Assembly (NCBI GenBank): GCA_964016885.1
Contig: CAXHJY010001087.1
Span: 1 to 64,000, forward strand
Direction of reading: 5' to 3'
Source of the DNA: Eledone cirrhosa
Taxonomy: Eukaryota
Length of the DNA stretch: 64,000 nt
Positions 26,347-39,600 of the stretch are shown piece by piece. Both the position numbers and the translations under genes were made by a program. The notes below the pieces were generated by a model. It was not told the DNA's origin. It saw only the letters and a list, made by a program, of their open reading frames with translations, and searched no databases. Positions within the stretch are counted from its first letter, which is position 1; the number at the start of each line of letters is the position of its first letter.

Positions 26347-29300
26347 TTAGAGATGCCTACTGGCAAGGCGGGTCTTCTCTGTTACTGAGTACCGCCAAAG
26401 GTCTCGGTCCAGTGACATTGTCTTGGAGAGGTGTAAGTGTGTGAGGTCGGAGTTTATCAGCTCGTCCCAGGTTTTTCTAGGTCTGCCTATTCCGTGGCTA
26501 CCGTCTATCTTTATTGCCCTGCACTTTGTTATACAGCTATCGACTTTCATGCGCATCACGTGTCCATACCAACGTAGCCTTCTCTCGAGTAAACAACATC
26601 TGATCCCTCTTATCTCTAATTTTTTCCTTAGTTCGTTTATGCTTTGCCGTTCACGTATATTACTGTTACACATCCAGCGGAGCATGCAAGCTTCGTTCCT
26701 CTCTAGTCTGCGTATATCCTCTGCACACAATGCCCAGGTCTCACTGCCATGCAACATTGCTGTTCGTATGCAGGCATCGTACAACCTGCCTTTCATTTTT
26801 AGGGAGAACCCTTTAGCAGCTAATAGTGGTATAAGCTCTCTGAACTTTTTCCAACCAGTTCTGACTCTAGCTACAGTACTTTCAGAGCACCCTCCCCCAC
26901 TGCTGATTTTATCGCTCAGGTAACGGAAGCTGTCCACTATTTCTATAGAACCCTCTGCGCAATTGAAAGAGCTAGTATTGTGTGGGCACTTGCTGCTACT
27001 TATTGCACCAGAACACCGGCCACATGTAAAATCTATGTTCTTAGTTAGCTTACCTGTGATCCCACTACATCTTTTATGCACCCATACTTTGCATTTAGGA
27101 CACAAAATGGAGTTTCTACCTACGCCTTTCCTACACACCGAGCACGACCATTTCCCAGAAGGGACCGCCGCCTTGTTTTCTTTCCTACAAACTAGAACTT
27201 TGGTCTTAGCCAGGTTAATTTTAAGTCCTTTTGACTCTAGGCCGTGCTTCCATGTTTGGAATTTCTTCTCTAGCTCGGCCATTGATTCCGCTATGAGTGT
27301 CAGGTCGTCTGCGTATAGGAGTTCCCATGGGCAGCCTGTCTTGAACTCCTCTGTTATAGCCTGAAGGGCAATAATAAATAGTAGGGGGCTGAGAACAGAG
27401 CCCTGATGGACGCCAACTTTTACGCTAAACTCTTCACTATATTCGTTGTTAATTCTAACCTTGCTGACTGTTTCTTTATACATGGCTTGTATAGCCCTCA
27501 CAAGCCATTCGTCAACGCCTAGTTTTCTAAGAGCCCACCAGATAATGGAGCGGGGGACTCTGTCGAAGGCTTTCTCCAAGTCGACAAAAGCTAAGTAGAG
27601 GGGTTTACCTTTAGCTAGGTACTTCTCCTGTAGTTGTCGTACTATGAAAAGAGCGTCTGTGGTACTTTTGCCTGACACAAACCCGAACTGCATTTCATCT
27701 AGGTCAATTCTCTCTCTGATTAGTTGCGCTATTACTTTTTCTGTGACCTTCATGACCTGGTCGATTAATTTAATGCCTCTATAGTTACTCCTATCTAGGG
27801 CGTCTCCTTTACCCTTATAACAGTTAACGATGATGCTGCTATGCCAGTCCTTCGGAACAACCCCATTCTGTACGACTTGGTTAACTATGCGGGTGACCAT
27901 GGTGTGTCCCACCGTGCCAGATGCCTTCAGCATCTCAGCAACTATTTCCGAAGGCCCAGCCGCCTTACCTGTCTTCATATCCTTGATTGCCTTACTTATT
28001 ATACTCCCCTCGACTAACACTGCTGGTCCCTCTATTGGGTCGACATGGGGGAGACTGTCTTTCTCCCATTTATTCTCCTCATTTAGTAGCCTTTCATAGT
28101 GACACTTCCAAGCTGCCTTCTTATCAGTGTCGGTGATGGCAAGTATGCCATCATCGTTAAGTACACACTTCTCCCCGACAATATCACGGTTTTCCTTGAC
28201 GCATTGCCTAGCAATCCTGAACACCTCACGTTTTTGGTCATCGCGTTGTAGGACATGCTTGAACTTTCTTTCCTCAGCTTCCCTTCTTGCTAAGTACACT
28301 TCTCTCCTAGCTTCCCTCCTGGCCACTTGATAGTCTACTCTACTTCCCCCATCCCGCCATACTTTCCAAGCCTGCTTTTTGGCCTTAATTGACTCCTCCA
28401 CCTTACTGTTCCACCACCATGTTACTCTCCTCCTGCCTACAGGCCTGCTCCAGCCACAGACTTCGTCTGTGGCCAACAGCAGGTTTGCTTTCAGAAATTC
28501 CCACTGTCCCTCTATATTGTCCGACTCTAAGTGTTCTTCCTTACTGTCGAAAGCATCAAGTAATATGTTTTGAAATTTATTTTTGGCTGTGGGGTCCTTT
28601 AGCTTCCATATTTTTCTCCTGAGGATAGTCCTCTTCTGCTGTCGAGTACGTCTCGACCTGACTATGAGGTCGCTAATTATCAGTCTATGTTGGGAGGTGC
28701 ATTCTTCATGGGGGAGGGATTTAGTGTTTACAACAGACACTCTGTCACGTCTTCTGGTAAGGATATAATCTACCTGGCTTGTGTGTTCCCCGGATCTATA
28801 GGTGATCAGGTGATTGTCACGTTTTTTGAAGTTAGTGTTACAGATAGTTAGGTTATTTGCATCACAGAATTCCAGGATTCTGGAGCCTTCCTCATTTCTA
28901 GTACCAAACCCATAGCCTCCATGGATTTCGTCGTAGCCGTCACAATGTTGCCCAACGTGACCATTTAGGTCGCCTGCAATAATTATATAGTCACTGTCAG
29001 ATATTTGGGAGGTAGTGAGCATCAGTGTCTCATAGAATCTGTCTTTTATAGTGCCGGGCAGTCCGGATTGGGGTGCATACGCAGATATTACTGTCACCGT
29101 AGTTCTATTGAGGACAAGTCGTATTTTAATTATTCTGTCGTTCACTCTATTTACGTCTATTATCTTATCCGCCCACTTTTCTGCTACCATGATTCCTACT
29201 CCACCCAGCCCATCGTCGTTTCCCACCCAGAAAAGCTTATAACATCGTTTTTTACCCTCAATGAATCTAGCAGACCCACCCCTCCACCTGGTCTCTTGAA

Positions 29301-29601
29301 TACAACAAACATCGACCTCCTTACGTTCAAGCATTTCTACAACCTCGTTAGCGCGCCCCTTTAGGGTGCCTACATTTACGGTACCAACTCTGAAGTTTTG
29401 GATCGCGTTTGGAGGGTGGGGGTGGTGTGGGGCGGGGGGAGATGGGGTTATGTTAGCCATCCGCGGGCGAAACAAAGAAGAGTGCTCGCATTCTCGTCCA
29501 CGAGGTGAATTTGACTTTAGCATTGGCATTTTCGCTCTGAGCGTCCAGATTTTTCTCTCCCCTCCACTCTCCAGGATTCCGCAGTCCGTCCATCCATCCA
29601 T
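26347..29601 (-). CDS. RTE ORF: AP-endonuclease + reverse transcriptase with inserted PHD-type (C4HC3) finger
   Basis: TVNVGT, CIQETRW, SAYAPQ, GDLNGH, QVDY, SQH; NYRGIKL, FVDLEKAFD, GVHQGSVLSP, YADD; uninterrupted for 1084 aa. Confidence 0.95.
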   Translation of the reverse strand: MDGWTDCGILESGGERKIWTLRAKMPMLKSNSPRGRECEHSSLFRPRMANITPSPPAPHHPHPPNAIQNFRVGTVNVGTLKGRANEVVEMLERKEVDVCCIQETRWRGGSARFIEGKKRCYKLFWVGNDDGLGGVGIMVAEKWADKIIDVNRVNDRIIKIRLVLNRTTVTVISAYAPQSGLPGTIKDRFYETLMLTTSQISDSDYIIIAGDLNGHVGQHCDGYDEIHGGYGFGTRNEEGSRILEFCDANNLTICNTNFKKRDNHLITYRSGEHTSQVDYILTRRRDRVSVVNTKSLPHEECTSQHRLIISDLIVRSRRTRQQKRTILRRKIWKLKDPTAKNKFQNILLDAFDSKEEHLESDNIEGQWEFLKANLLLATDEVCGWSRPVGRRRVTWWWNSKVEESIKAKKQAWKVWRDGGSRVDYQVARREARREVYLARREAEERKFKHVLQRDDQKREVFRIARQCVKENRDIVGEKCVLNDDGILAITDTDKKAAWKCHYERLLNEENKWEKDSLPHVDPIEGPAVLVEGSIISKAIKDMKTGKAAGPSEIVAEMLKASGTVGHTMVTRIVNQVVQNGVVPKDWHSSIIVNCYKGKGDALDRSNYRGIKLIDQVMKVTEKVIAQLIRERIDLDEMQFGFVSGKSTTDALFIVRQLQEKYLAKGKPLYLAFVDLEKAFDRVPRSIIWWALRKLGVDEWLVRAIQAMYKETVSKVRINNEYSEEFSVKVGVHQGSVLSPLLFIIALQAITEEFKTGCPWELLYADDLTLIAESMAELEKKFQTWKHGLESKGLKINLAKTKVLVCRKENKAAVPSGKWSCSVCRKGVGRNSILCPKCKVWVHKRCSGITGKLTKNIDFTCGRCSGAISSSKCPHNTSSFNCAEGSIEIVDSFRYLSDKISSGGGCSESTVARVRTGWKKFRELIPLLAAKGFSLKMKGRLYDACIRTAMLHGSETWALCAEDIRRLERNEACMLRWMCNSNIRERQSINELRKKLEIRGIRCCLLERRLRWYGHVMRMKVDSCITKCRAIKIDGSHGIGRPRKTWDELINSDLTHLHLSKTMSLDRDLWRYSVTEKTRLASRHL

Positions 29602-29643
29602 CCATCATATATCGAAGGCAACCGTGCAAGCGATAGTATAGGC

Positions 29644-29812
29644 CTCTGGCTTATGATTGGTCCGCGTAATAATAATAATGGTGATGCGTGTGGGGGGGGG
29701 GTCTCTGGCTTATAGTAATAATGGTGATGCGTGTGGGGGGGGGGGTCTCTGGCTTATGATTGGTCCACGTATTAAGAATGGTGGTGTGTGGGGGCGGGTG
29801 GGAGGGATGTGG
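29644..29812 (-). promoter_or_regulatory. Three ~45-60-bp tandem monomers in the RTE-A 5' region, two with GGACCAATCA (CCAAT box)
   Basis: Plus strand CTCTGGCTTAT...ATGGTG..GTGTGGGG repeated three times; promoter role is inference. Confidence 0.4.
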
Positions 29813-30313
29813 GGTAGCTAGCTGGAAGGTTATGAATGTTTACCAGCGAGTAACAAAAAGCAAAACTGCAAGATTTGTTCTGTTCAATACGACAAAAACA
29901 CCGTATTTAAACCTTAATAAATAACAAAAAATACAGATTTCGGATTTTGCGGGATTGGATGTTTGTACGAAATTGTGGTGTGTGGAGGAGATAGGAAAAA
30001 CGTGAACGTTACGATTACATGGTTACACCGTAGTAGGGGTAGTTGAAGCAGCAATTGTTTGGCGAAAGTGAATAAACATGAACGGGAATTTATCTTATAT
30101 ATATATGTGTGTGTGTGTGTGTAGCTAAGAGAGAGAGAGAGAGAGTGGGAAGGGGGAGAGAGAGAGAGAGAGAGTGGCTGACCGCAACCCCTCGTGAAGA
30201 AAATGGTGGGTGAAGGGTGTATGAGCGGGATTTTTGACTTTCGAGGTAGCATGATATATATATTTAAAGTAAATTATAAGAAGTAGAATGGAAAGGATTT
30301 TGTTGTTTTTTGT

Positions 30314-32117
30314 TATATATATATATTATACACATATATGTATATATATATATTATACCCATATATATATATATATATTATACACATATATATATATATA
30401 TATAGTACATATATATATATATATTATACACATATATATATATATATATATTATACACATATATATATATTATACATATATATGTAAATATATATATTAT
30501 ACATATATATGTATATATATTATACACATGTATATATATATTATACACATATATATATATATGTTATACACATATATATATATATATATTATACACATAT
30601 ATATATATATATATTATACATATATATATATATATATATTATACACATATATATATTATACACATTTATATATATACATATATATATATTATACACATAT
30701 ATATATATTATACACATATATGTATATATATTATACCCATATATGTATATTATACACATATATAAATTATACACATATATATATATTATACACATATATA
30801 TATATTATACACATATATGTATATATATATATTATACCCATATATGTATATTATACACATATATATATATATATATTATACATATATGTATATATATATA
30901 TATTATATGACATATATGTATATATATATATTATACACATATATGTATATATATATATTATACACATATATGTATATATATATATTATACCCATATATAT
31001 ATATTATACACACATATATATATATATATAGTACATATATATATATACATATATTATACACACATATATATATATATATATATTATACACATATATATAT
31101 ATATATATATATATATTATACATATATATGTATATATATATATTATACACATATATATATATATATTATACACACATATATATATATATTATACACATAT
31201 ATATATATATATTATACACATATATATATATATTATACACATATATATATATATATATTATACACATATATATATATATATTATACACATATATATATAT
31301 ATATTATACACATATATATATATATATATTATACACATATATATATATATATATTATACACATATATATATATATATATTATACACATATATATATATAT
31401 ATATTATACACATATATATATATATATATTATACACATATATATATATATATTATACACATATATATATATATATATATTATACACATATATATATATAT
31501 ATATTATACACATGTATATATATATTATACACATATATATATATATATATTTTATACACATATATATATATATTATACATATATATATATATATATATAT
31601 TATACACATGTATATATATATTATACACATATATATATATATATATATTTTATACACATATATATATATATATATATATTATACACATATATATATATAT
31701 ATTATACACATATATATATATATTATACACACATATATATATATATATATATATTATACACATATATATATATATTATACACATATATATATATTATACA
31801 CATATATATATATATATTATACACATATATATATATATATATATATATTATACACATATATATATATATCATACACATATATATATATATATATTATACA
31901 CATATATATATATATATTATACACATATATATATATATATTATACACATATATATATATATTATACATATATATATATATATTATACATATATATATATA
32001 TATTATACACATAAATATATATATATATTATACACATATATATATATATATATTATACACATATATATATATATTATACACATATATATATTATACACAT
32101 ATATATATATATATTAT

Positions 32118-32165
<48 letters not shown>

Positions 32166-32272
32166 CACATATATATATATATATTATACACATATATATA
32201 TATTTATATATATATATATATATATATTATACACATATATATATATATATTATACACATATATATATATTAT

Positions 32273-32314
<42 letters not shown>

Positions 32315-32764
32315 CACATATATATATATTATACACATATATATATATTATACATATATATGTATATATATATATTATACACATATATATATATATATAT
32401 ATATTATACACATATATATATATTATACACATATATTATACACACATATATATATATATATATATATATTATACACATATATATTATACACATATATATA
32501 TATATATATATATTATACACATATATATATATATATTATACACATATATATATATATATATATATTATACACATATATATATATATATATTATACACATA
32601 TATATATATATATATATATATTATACACATATATATATATATATATATTATACACATATATATATATATATATATTATACACACATATATATATATATAT
32701 TATACACATATATATATATTACACACATATATATATATATTATACCCATATATATATTATACCC

Positions 32765-32798
<34 letters not shown>

Positions 32799-33796
32799 TA
32801 TACACATGTATGTATATATATATATTATACCCATATATGTATATTATACACATATATATATATATATATTATACCCATATATGTATATTATACACATATA
32901 TATATATATATATTATACATATATATATATATTATACACATATATATATATTATACACATATATATATATATATATTATACCCATATATGTATATTATAC
33001 ACATATATATATATATATATTATACCCATACATATATTATACCCATATATATATACATATATATATATATTATACACATATATGTATATATATATATTAT
33101 ACCCATATATGTATATTATACACATATATGTATATTATACACATATATATATATATTATACATATATATATATATATATATACTATACACATATATGTAT
33201 ATATATATATATTATATAACATATATGTATATATATATATATTATATAACATATATGTATATATATATATATTATACACATATATAGATATATATTATAC
33301 ACATATATATATATATATTATACATATATATATATATTATACATATATATGTATATATATATATTATACATATATATGTATATATATTATACACATGTAT
33401 ATATATATTATACACATATATATATATTATACACATATATATATATTATACACATATATATATATATTATACACATATATATATATATATTATACACATA
33501 TATATATATATATATTATACACACATATATATATATATATATTATACACATATATATATATATTATACACATATATATATATATTATACATATATATATA
33601 TATATTATACATATATATATATATATTATACACATATATATATATATTATACACATATATATATATATTATACACATATATATATATATATTATACACAT
33701 ATATATATATATTATACACATATATATATATATATTATACACATATATATATATATGTATATATTATCCACATATATATATATATATATATATTAT

Positions 33797-33842
<46 letters not shown>

Positions 33843-33869
33843 CACATTATACACATATATATATATTAT

Positions 33870-33921
<52 letters not shown>

Positions 33922-33947
33922 CACACATATATATATATATATATTAT

Positions 33948-34036
<89 letters not shown>

Positions 34037-34069
34037 CACATATATATATATATATATATATTATACACA
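30314..34069 (+). repeat. Compound AT satellite
   Basis: Same unit; shares the order of variant units with 21900-25990. Confidence 0.96.
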
Positions 34070-34856
34070 TCCTCAACCAATTCCAGCGGCTTCCCGCCTA
34101 CATTAGTGATCCCCTCTGGCTTCTCAACATTCTCTACCAGATATTTTGCTTTAGTCTCATTCATTCTCAGCCCCACACTCATCGACACAGTCTCAACCTC
34201 CCGCATCAAATCCTCTTCACTGTATTTGTCACCAAAACTATGTCGTCGGCAAATTCAGCATCTGATACCTTTTTCGCCCTAACTCTCCTGTATAACATCT
34301 CCTTGGGAATACGGAAGATGATGTGGTTGAGAGGAAGAGCAAGGCCTGGGCGGCGTGCCACAGCTTGAGATCGGTGTGGAAGTCGGACCTTCGTAGAGAC
34401 CTGAAAATCCACCTCTTCATTGCTGTAGTGGAGTCTGTGCTGCTGTATGGGTCTGAGACTTGGACACTGACCAAGAAACTCACTCAGATGGTGGATGGGT
34501 CCTACACGAGAATGCTGAGGATGGCTCTGAACATTAATCAGTATACACTGAGGATGAAAATCTCAGAGCTGTATGGGAGCATCCCAAAAGTCAGCTCAAA
34601 AGTGACACAGAGGAGACTGAGGTTAGCTGGACATGCTCACCGACATCCAGAGTTGACATTGCACTCAGTACTCCTTTGGGAGCCCCTAGATGGACACACT
34701 ACAAGAGGAAGTCCAAGGTTAACGTATGTTGATGCCCTCAGGACAGAGACTGGTCTGTTGGAGATGCAGGACATGGCAGCGATAATGAGGGACAGAGACC
34801 GCTGGAGAGAACTCGTCCATGGATCTCGGGAATTTTACCCGCCTTAGATAGATAGA
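34070..34856 (+). mobile_element. RTE-group family T, copy 2, 5'-truncated with inverted 5' segment (34070-34290)
   Basis: 34070-34290 is the reverse complement of ~9722-9949; 34303-34856 matches 9973-10525; (TAGA)3 tail. Confidence 0.92.
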
Positions 34857-34929
34857 TTATACACATATATATATATATTATACACATATATATATATATA
34901 TTATACACATATATATATATATATATTAT

Positions 34930-34973
<44 letters not shown>

Positions 34974-35076
34974 CACATATCTATATATATATATATTTTA
35001 TACACATCTATATATATATATTATACACATATCTATATATATATATATATATTATACACATATCTATATATATATA

Positions 35077-36064
35077 CTAGCAGTAAAGCTCGGCGTTGCT
35101 CGGGGTCGCTCAGTAGCTGTGTTAAAGTTACAATGTTAAGTTTCTTTTTTGGCTTAAAAACTGTAGTGTCTACTGTGCAGACTTGCATGTGGTGTTTTTG
35201 ATTAATATTCCCTCAACCAACAATATGCCTTATGAAGTTAAGAAAACATAACGATAATCCGAATGTTATAACAAAAGAGGATGCTGGGGATAGAAACTGC
35301 ACTGGTTATTTATTAACAAAGATCGAAAATGTAAACACTGCAACGCAGAGAAAAACATTAGCGTAACCAAATTATCAGTTATGTCTGTCTGCACGCCTAT
35401 ATCACCTCTCTGCACGACTGTCTGTCTGCACGCCTATATCACCTCTCTGCACGAGTGTCTGTCTGCACGCCTATATCACCTCTCTGCACGACTGTCTGTC
35501 TGCATGCCTATATCACCTCTCTGCACGACTGTCTGTCTCCACGCGTATATCACCTCTCTGCACGACTGTCTGTCTGCACGACTGTCTGTCTGCACGCCTA
35601 ACGACGAAATATTTGCTTGTTTTACGTAGTCTTTAAATAGACTTGTTTTCAAGTAAAAATATTGTTTTAAAATGCTTTTAAATGGAAATGAAGCAAAACG
35701 GAAGCTTAGTGTTCGAACTGATGAATTTTGCAGGTCAATATTTTGCTGGCTCGACAACTGTTCGTGTATTGTGTTAATGTCATTTTAAACGCTGAGAAAG
35801 CCAGCGTAATTTTTTACGTAAGACGCTCAATGTAAACAGAACAAAGGGAAATAACTGATAACTTACGCTCAAAAATCGATACATTATATTCGATTTCGTC
35901 ACATAGGGTGGGTCAATTTGAAATATTTTTTTCCGATGTCTTCGCTAGGGCTCAATGTACAAGTATAGCAATTTCGGTGCAATTCCGTCAGAGATTCTAA
36001 GAGGAGATGTGTGCCAAAAATCGATAGACAGACAGACAACCACAGTTTTATATATATAGATAGA
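35077..36064 (-). mobile_element. Non-autonomous Helitron
   Basis: Minus strand begins A|TCTATCTATATATATAAAA, has (GTCT)n near the 5' end, and ends CCCGAGCAACGCCGAG...CTAG|T; no TSD. Confidence 0.8.
35382..35600 (+). repeat. 37-bp minisatellite (5 full copies plus partial) inside the Helitron
   Basis: Unit TGTCTGTCTGCACGCCTATATCACCTCTCTGCACGAC starting at 35382, 35419, 35456, 35493, 35530, 35567. Confidence 0.93.
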
Positions 36065-36603
36065 TTATACACATATCTATATATATAGATAGATTATACA
36101 CATATCTATATATATATATATTATACACATATCTATATATATATATATTATACACATGTCTATATATATATATTATACACATATCTATATATATATATAT
36201 TATACACATGTCTATATATATATATTATACACATATCTATATATATATATTATACACATATCTATATATATATATATTATACACGTATATATATATATAT
36301 ATATTATACACATATATATATATATATATTATACACATATATATATTATACACATATATATATATATTATACACATATATATATATATTATACACACATA
36401 TATATATATATATTATACACACATATATATATATTATACATATATATATATATATTATACACATATATATATACATATATCTATAGATATATATATATAT
36501 TATACATATATATATATATATTATACATATATGTATATATATATTATACACATATCTATATATATATATCATACACATATATATATATATAATACACGTA
36601 TCT
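36065..36603 (+). repeat. Compound AT satellite (CATATCTATA variant)
   Basis: Same variant occurs left of the Helitron at 34970-35076. Confidence 0.93.
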
Positions 36604-39600
36604 ATCATCATCATCATCATCATCATCATTTTATGTCCGCTTTTCCCTGCTTGCAAGGGTGGGACGGGTCTTATTCAGCACAGCATTTCTCCACTCGTCA
36701 CGGTCCTTCGTCATCTCCACCGTGAGCTTCAATGATCTGAGGTCTGTTCTCACCACCTCCGCCCATGTTTTTCGTGGTCTACCTCTACCACGTCTTCCTT
36801 CAACTGGCATTTCCTGGCACTTCTTCACCCATTGGTCATCCTCCATGCGCATCACATGTCCATACCACCTCAGTCTCCTCTCCCGTACACTACATTCTAT
36901 CCCTCTCAGACACAGTTTCTCTCTCAACACATTTATGCAGGGTCGTTCACGCACATTTACACTGCACCTCCAACGGAGCATGCTTGCCTCATTTCTCTCC
37001 AGTCGTCGCATATCCTCTGCAGTTGCTGCCCATGTCTCACTACCATGCAGCATCGCGCTCCTCACACAGGCATCATACAACCAGCCTTTCATACGCAGGG
37101 AGAAACCCTTCTTCGTCAACAGAGGAAGCAACTCCCTAAACTTCTTCCAACCCATCCTTATTCTAGATACTATGGCCTCGGAACACCCTCTTCCCATGCT
37201 AATCTGATCTCCTAGGTACCGGAAGCTATCCACCACTTCTATAGCGCCCTCCTGCATCTGAAAAATGTGTCTATCAATGCGACTTGTACTGTCTAATTTC
37301 CCTGTACATCTACTGCATACATATTTCTCCCTACCTGTTAGTTTGCCTGCTATCCCGCTACATCTCTTGTGTACCCAGGATCTGCATTGTGTGCATTTTA
37401 TAGAATTTATGCCAGTTCCTTTTCTGCATATCGAACATGGCCATTTCCCTGACGGAATCAGGGTTTTGTCCTCTTTTCTACTCATCAACACTTTTGTCTT
37501 AGCTAGATTCACTCTCAGTCCTCTTGCTTCCAACTGCTGTTTCCATAGCCAGAATTTATTCTCTAGCTCCTCTACTGATTCTGCTATAAAAACCAGATCG
37601 TCAGCATAGAGAACTTCCCATGGACAGCCAGTCTTAAACTCCTCTGTTATGGCTTGGAGGACTATAATGAACAAGAGCGGGCTGAGGACCGAACCCTGAT
37701 GTACTCCTACTTGTATCTGGAATTCCTCACTAAACTCCATTCCTACCCTGACTTTACTGAGAGTACCTCTGTACAAAGTTTGCACCGTCCTCACAAGCCA
37801 TTCCTCAACACCTAGCTTCCTTAGGGACCACCAGATGACAGATCAGGGTACCCTATCAAAGGCCTTCTCTAGGTCAACAAAGGCTAAGTATAGTGGCTTA
37901 TTCTTCTCTAAGAACCTCTCTTGCAATTGTCTCACCAAGAAGAGGGCATCTGTTGTACTCTTCCCAGGCACAAAACCAAACTGCATCTCATCTAGTTTGA
38001 CCCTTTCTCTAATTAGTTGTGCTAAAATCCTTTCTGCCACTTTCATAACCTGATCTATCAGTTTTATACCCCTATAATTGCTCCTCTCCAAAGCATCCCC
38101 TTTATCTTTGTAGCAATTTATGAGAATACTGCTGCACCAGTCTTTGGGTATGACACCACCATATATAGCCTGATTGATGATGCGTGCAACCAGTTTAGTG
38201 CCTACGTCCCCTGATGCCTTCAGCATCTCAGCAACTATTCCCGATGGTCCGGCAGCCTACCATTTTTCATTTCCCTAATCGCCTCTTGGACCCTATATTC
38301 GTCAATCTCAATAGCTGGTCCCTCTGTCGGATCTACCAGGGTAATTTCTCTCTCTCCCATTTGTTCTCCACATTCATCAGTCTCTCATAATGACATTTCC
38401 AGGCCTCCTTTTTCTGATCATTCATGACACTAAGTACACCGGCATCATCCCGGACACATTTATCTCCAACAACATCCTGATTTGCATTGACACACTGCCT
38501 TGCAATGTGGAACACCGCACGCCTCTGATCTTCCCGTCGCAGAACATTGGCAAACTCCTACTCTCTGCCTCCCTGCGTGCTAAGTACACCTAACGTCTAG
38601 CTTCTCTCTTAGTGGCTGTATATTCTTCCCTACTCCCACCCTTTTTCCAAGCCTTCCATGCTAGTCTTTTGTCTCTAATAGCCTTATCTACTGTGCTGTT
38701 CCACCACCAGGTCACTCTCTGTCTGGTTGGAGCTCTGCTCCAGCACAAGTTTCATCAGTAGCCTGCAGCAAGTTGTCACGTGAGAAATTCCAGTTATTAT
38801 CTATGTCATACGTCTCTAAATCGTCTTCTTTTTCGTCATATACATCTTGAAGGGCTTTCCTAAATTTGTATTTTAGTGAAAGGTCTTTTAGCTTCCAGAC
38901 CTCTCTTCTCCACACCTTCCTATATGTCTCATTCCATCTCTTGTTTACTGAGATATCACTAACAACTAACCTATGCTGTGGGGTACCATTCTTCCCAGGG
39001 TATGCCTTGGTATTAGACACTATCTGCCTGTCCCACTGCCTAACTAGTAAGAAGTCAATCTGGCTTATGTGCTCACCAGATTTGTAGGTTATTAGGTGAT
39101 TGGCAGGTTTCTGGAAGTTTGTGTTGCAAATAGTCAATGTACCTGCATCACAAAATTCAAGAAGTCTCACTCCTTCATTTCTTGAACCGTAACCGTGCCC
39201 ACCATGTACCCCAGTGTAACCATCCTGGAGCTGTCCAACATGACCATTGAAGTCTCCTGCTAGCATAACGATGTCTCCGTCCTCTGTCATTGCGGTTGTT
39301 TGCAAAAGTTGCTCATAAAAGCAGTCTTTCTCATCTTTGCCTAGGCATGCTTGGGGAGCATAGGCCGAGATGATTGTCAGTAGTCTCCTACCTACAACTA
39401 ATCTAAGCTTAATTATTCGATTACTAACTCGAACTACCTCTATTGTCTTATTGATCCATTTCTCAGCAGGAAAATGCCTACTCCCCTAACCCATCATACC
39501 TTACCTACCCAGAATAGCTTATAGCTAAGACGTTTGCCTACGACTAGTCTCGCAGGCACCTCTCCATCTCACCTCTTGCACGCAGCACACATCCACCTGC

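Larger units (their letters stand above)
25994..30313 (-). mobile_element. Full-length RTE family A retrotransposon
   Basis: ~710-bp 5' region, single 1084-aa ORF, ~350-bp 3' UTR, (GAT)n tail; both flanks read ATATATATATTATACACATATATGTATATATATAT (candidate TSD). Confidence 0.9.

Noticed and set aside
22892-29641. Recurring antisense ORFs over RTE copies (e.g. MLCRSRILLLHIQRS...)
   Set aside because: Shadows of the RT frame; they recur only because the elements are repeated, and their limits vary between copies.
29602-30313. HDV-like ribozyme at the RTE-A 5' end (known in some RTEs)
   Set aside because: Could not build the nested double pseudoknot by eye; needs a descriptor search.
35382-35600. 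CRISPR-like 37-bp periodicity
   Set aside because: Head-to-tail repeats with no unique spacers, no cas genes, eukaryotic Helitron context.
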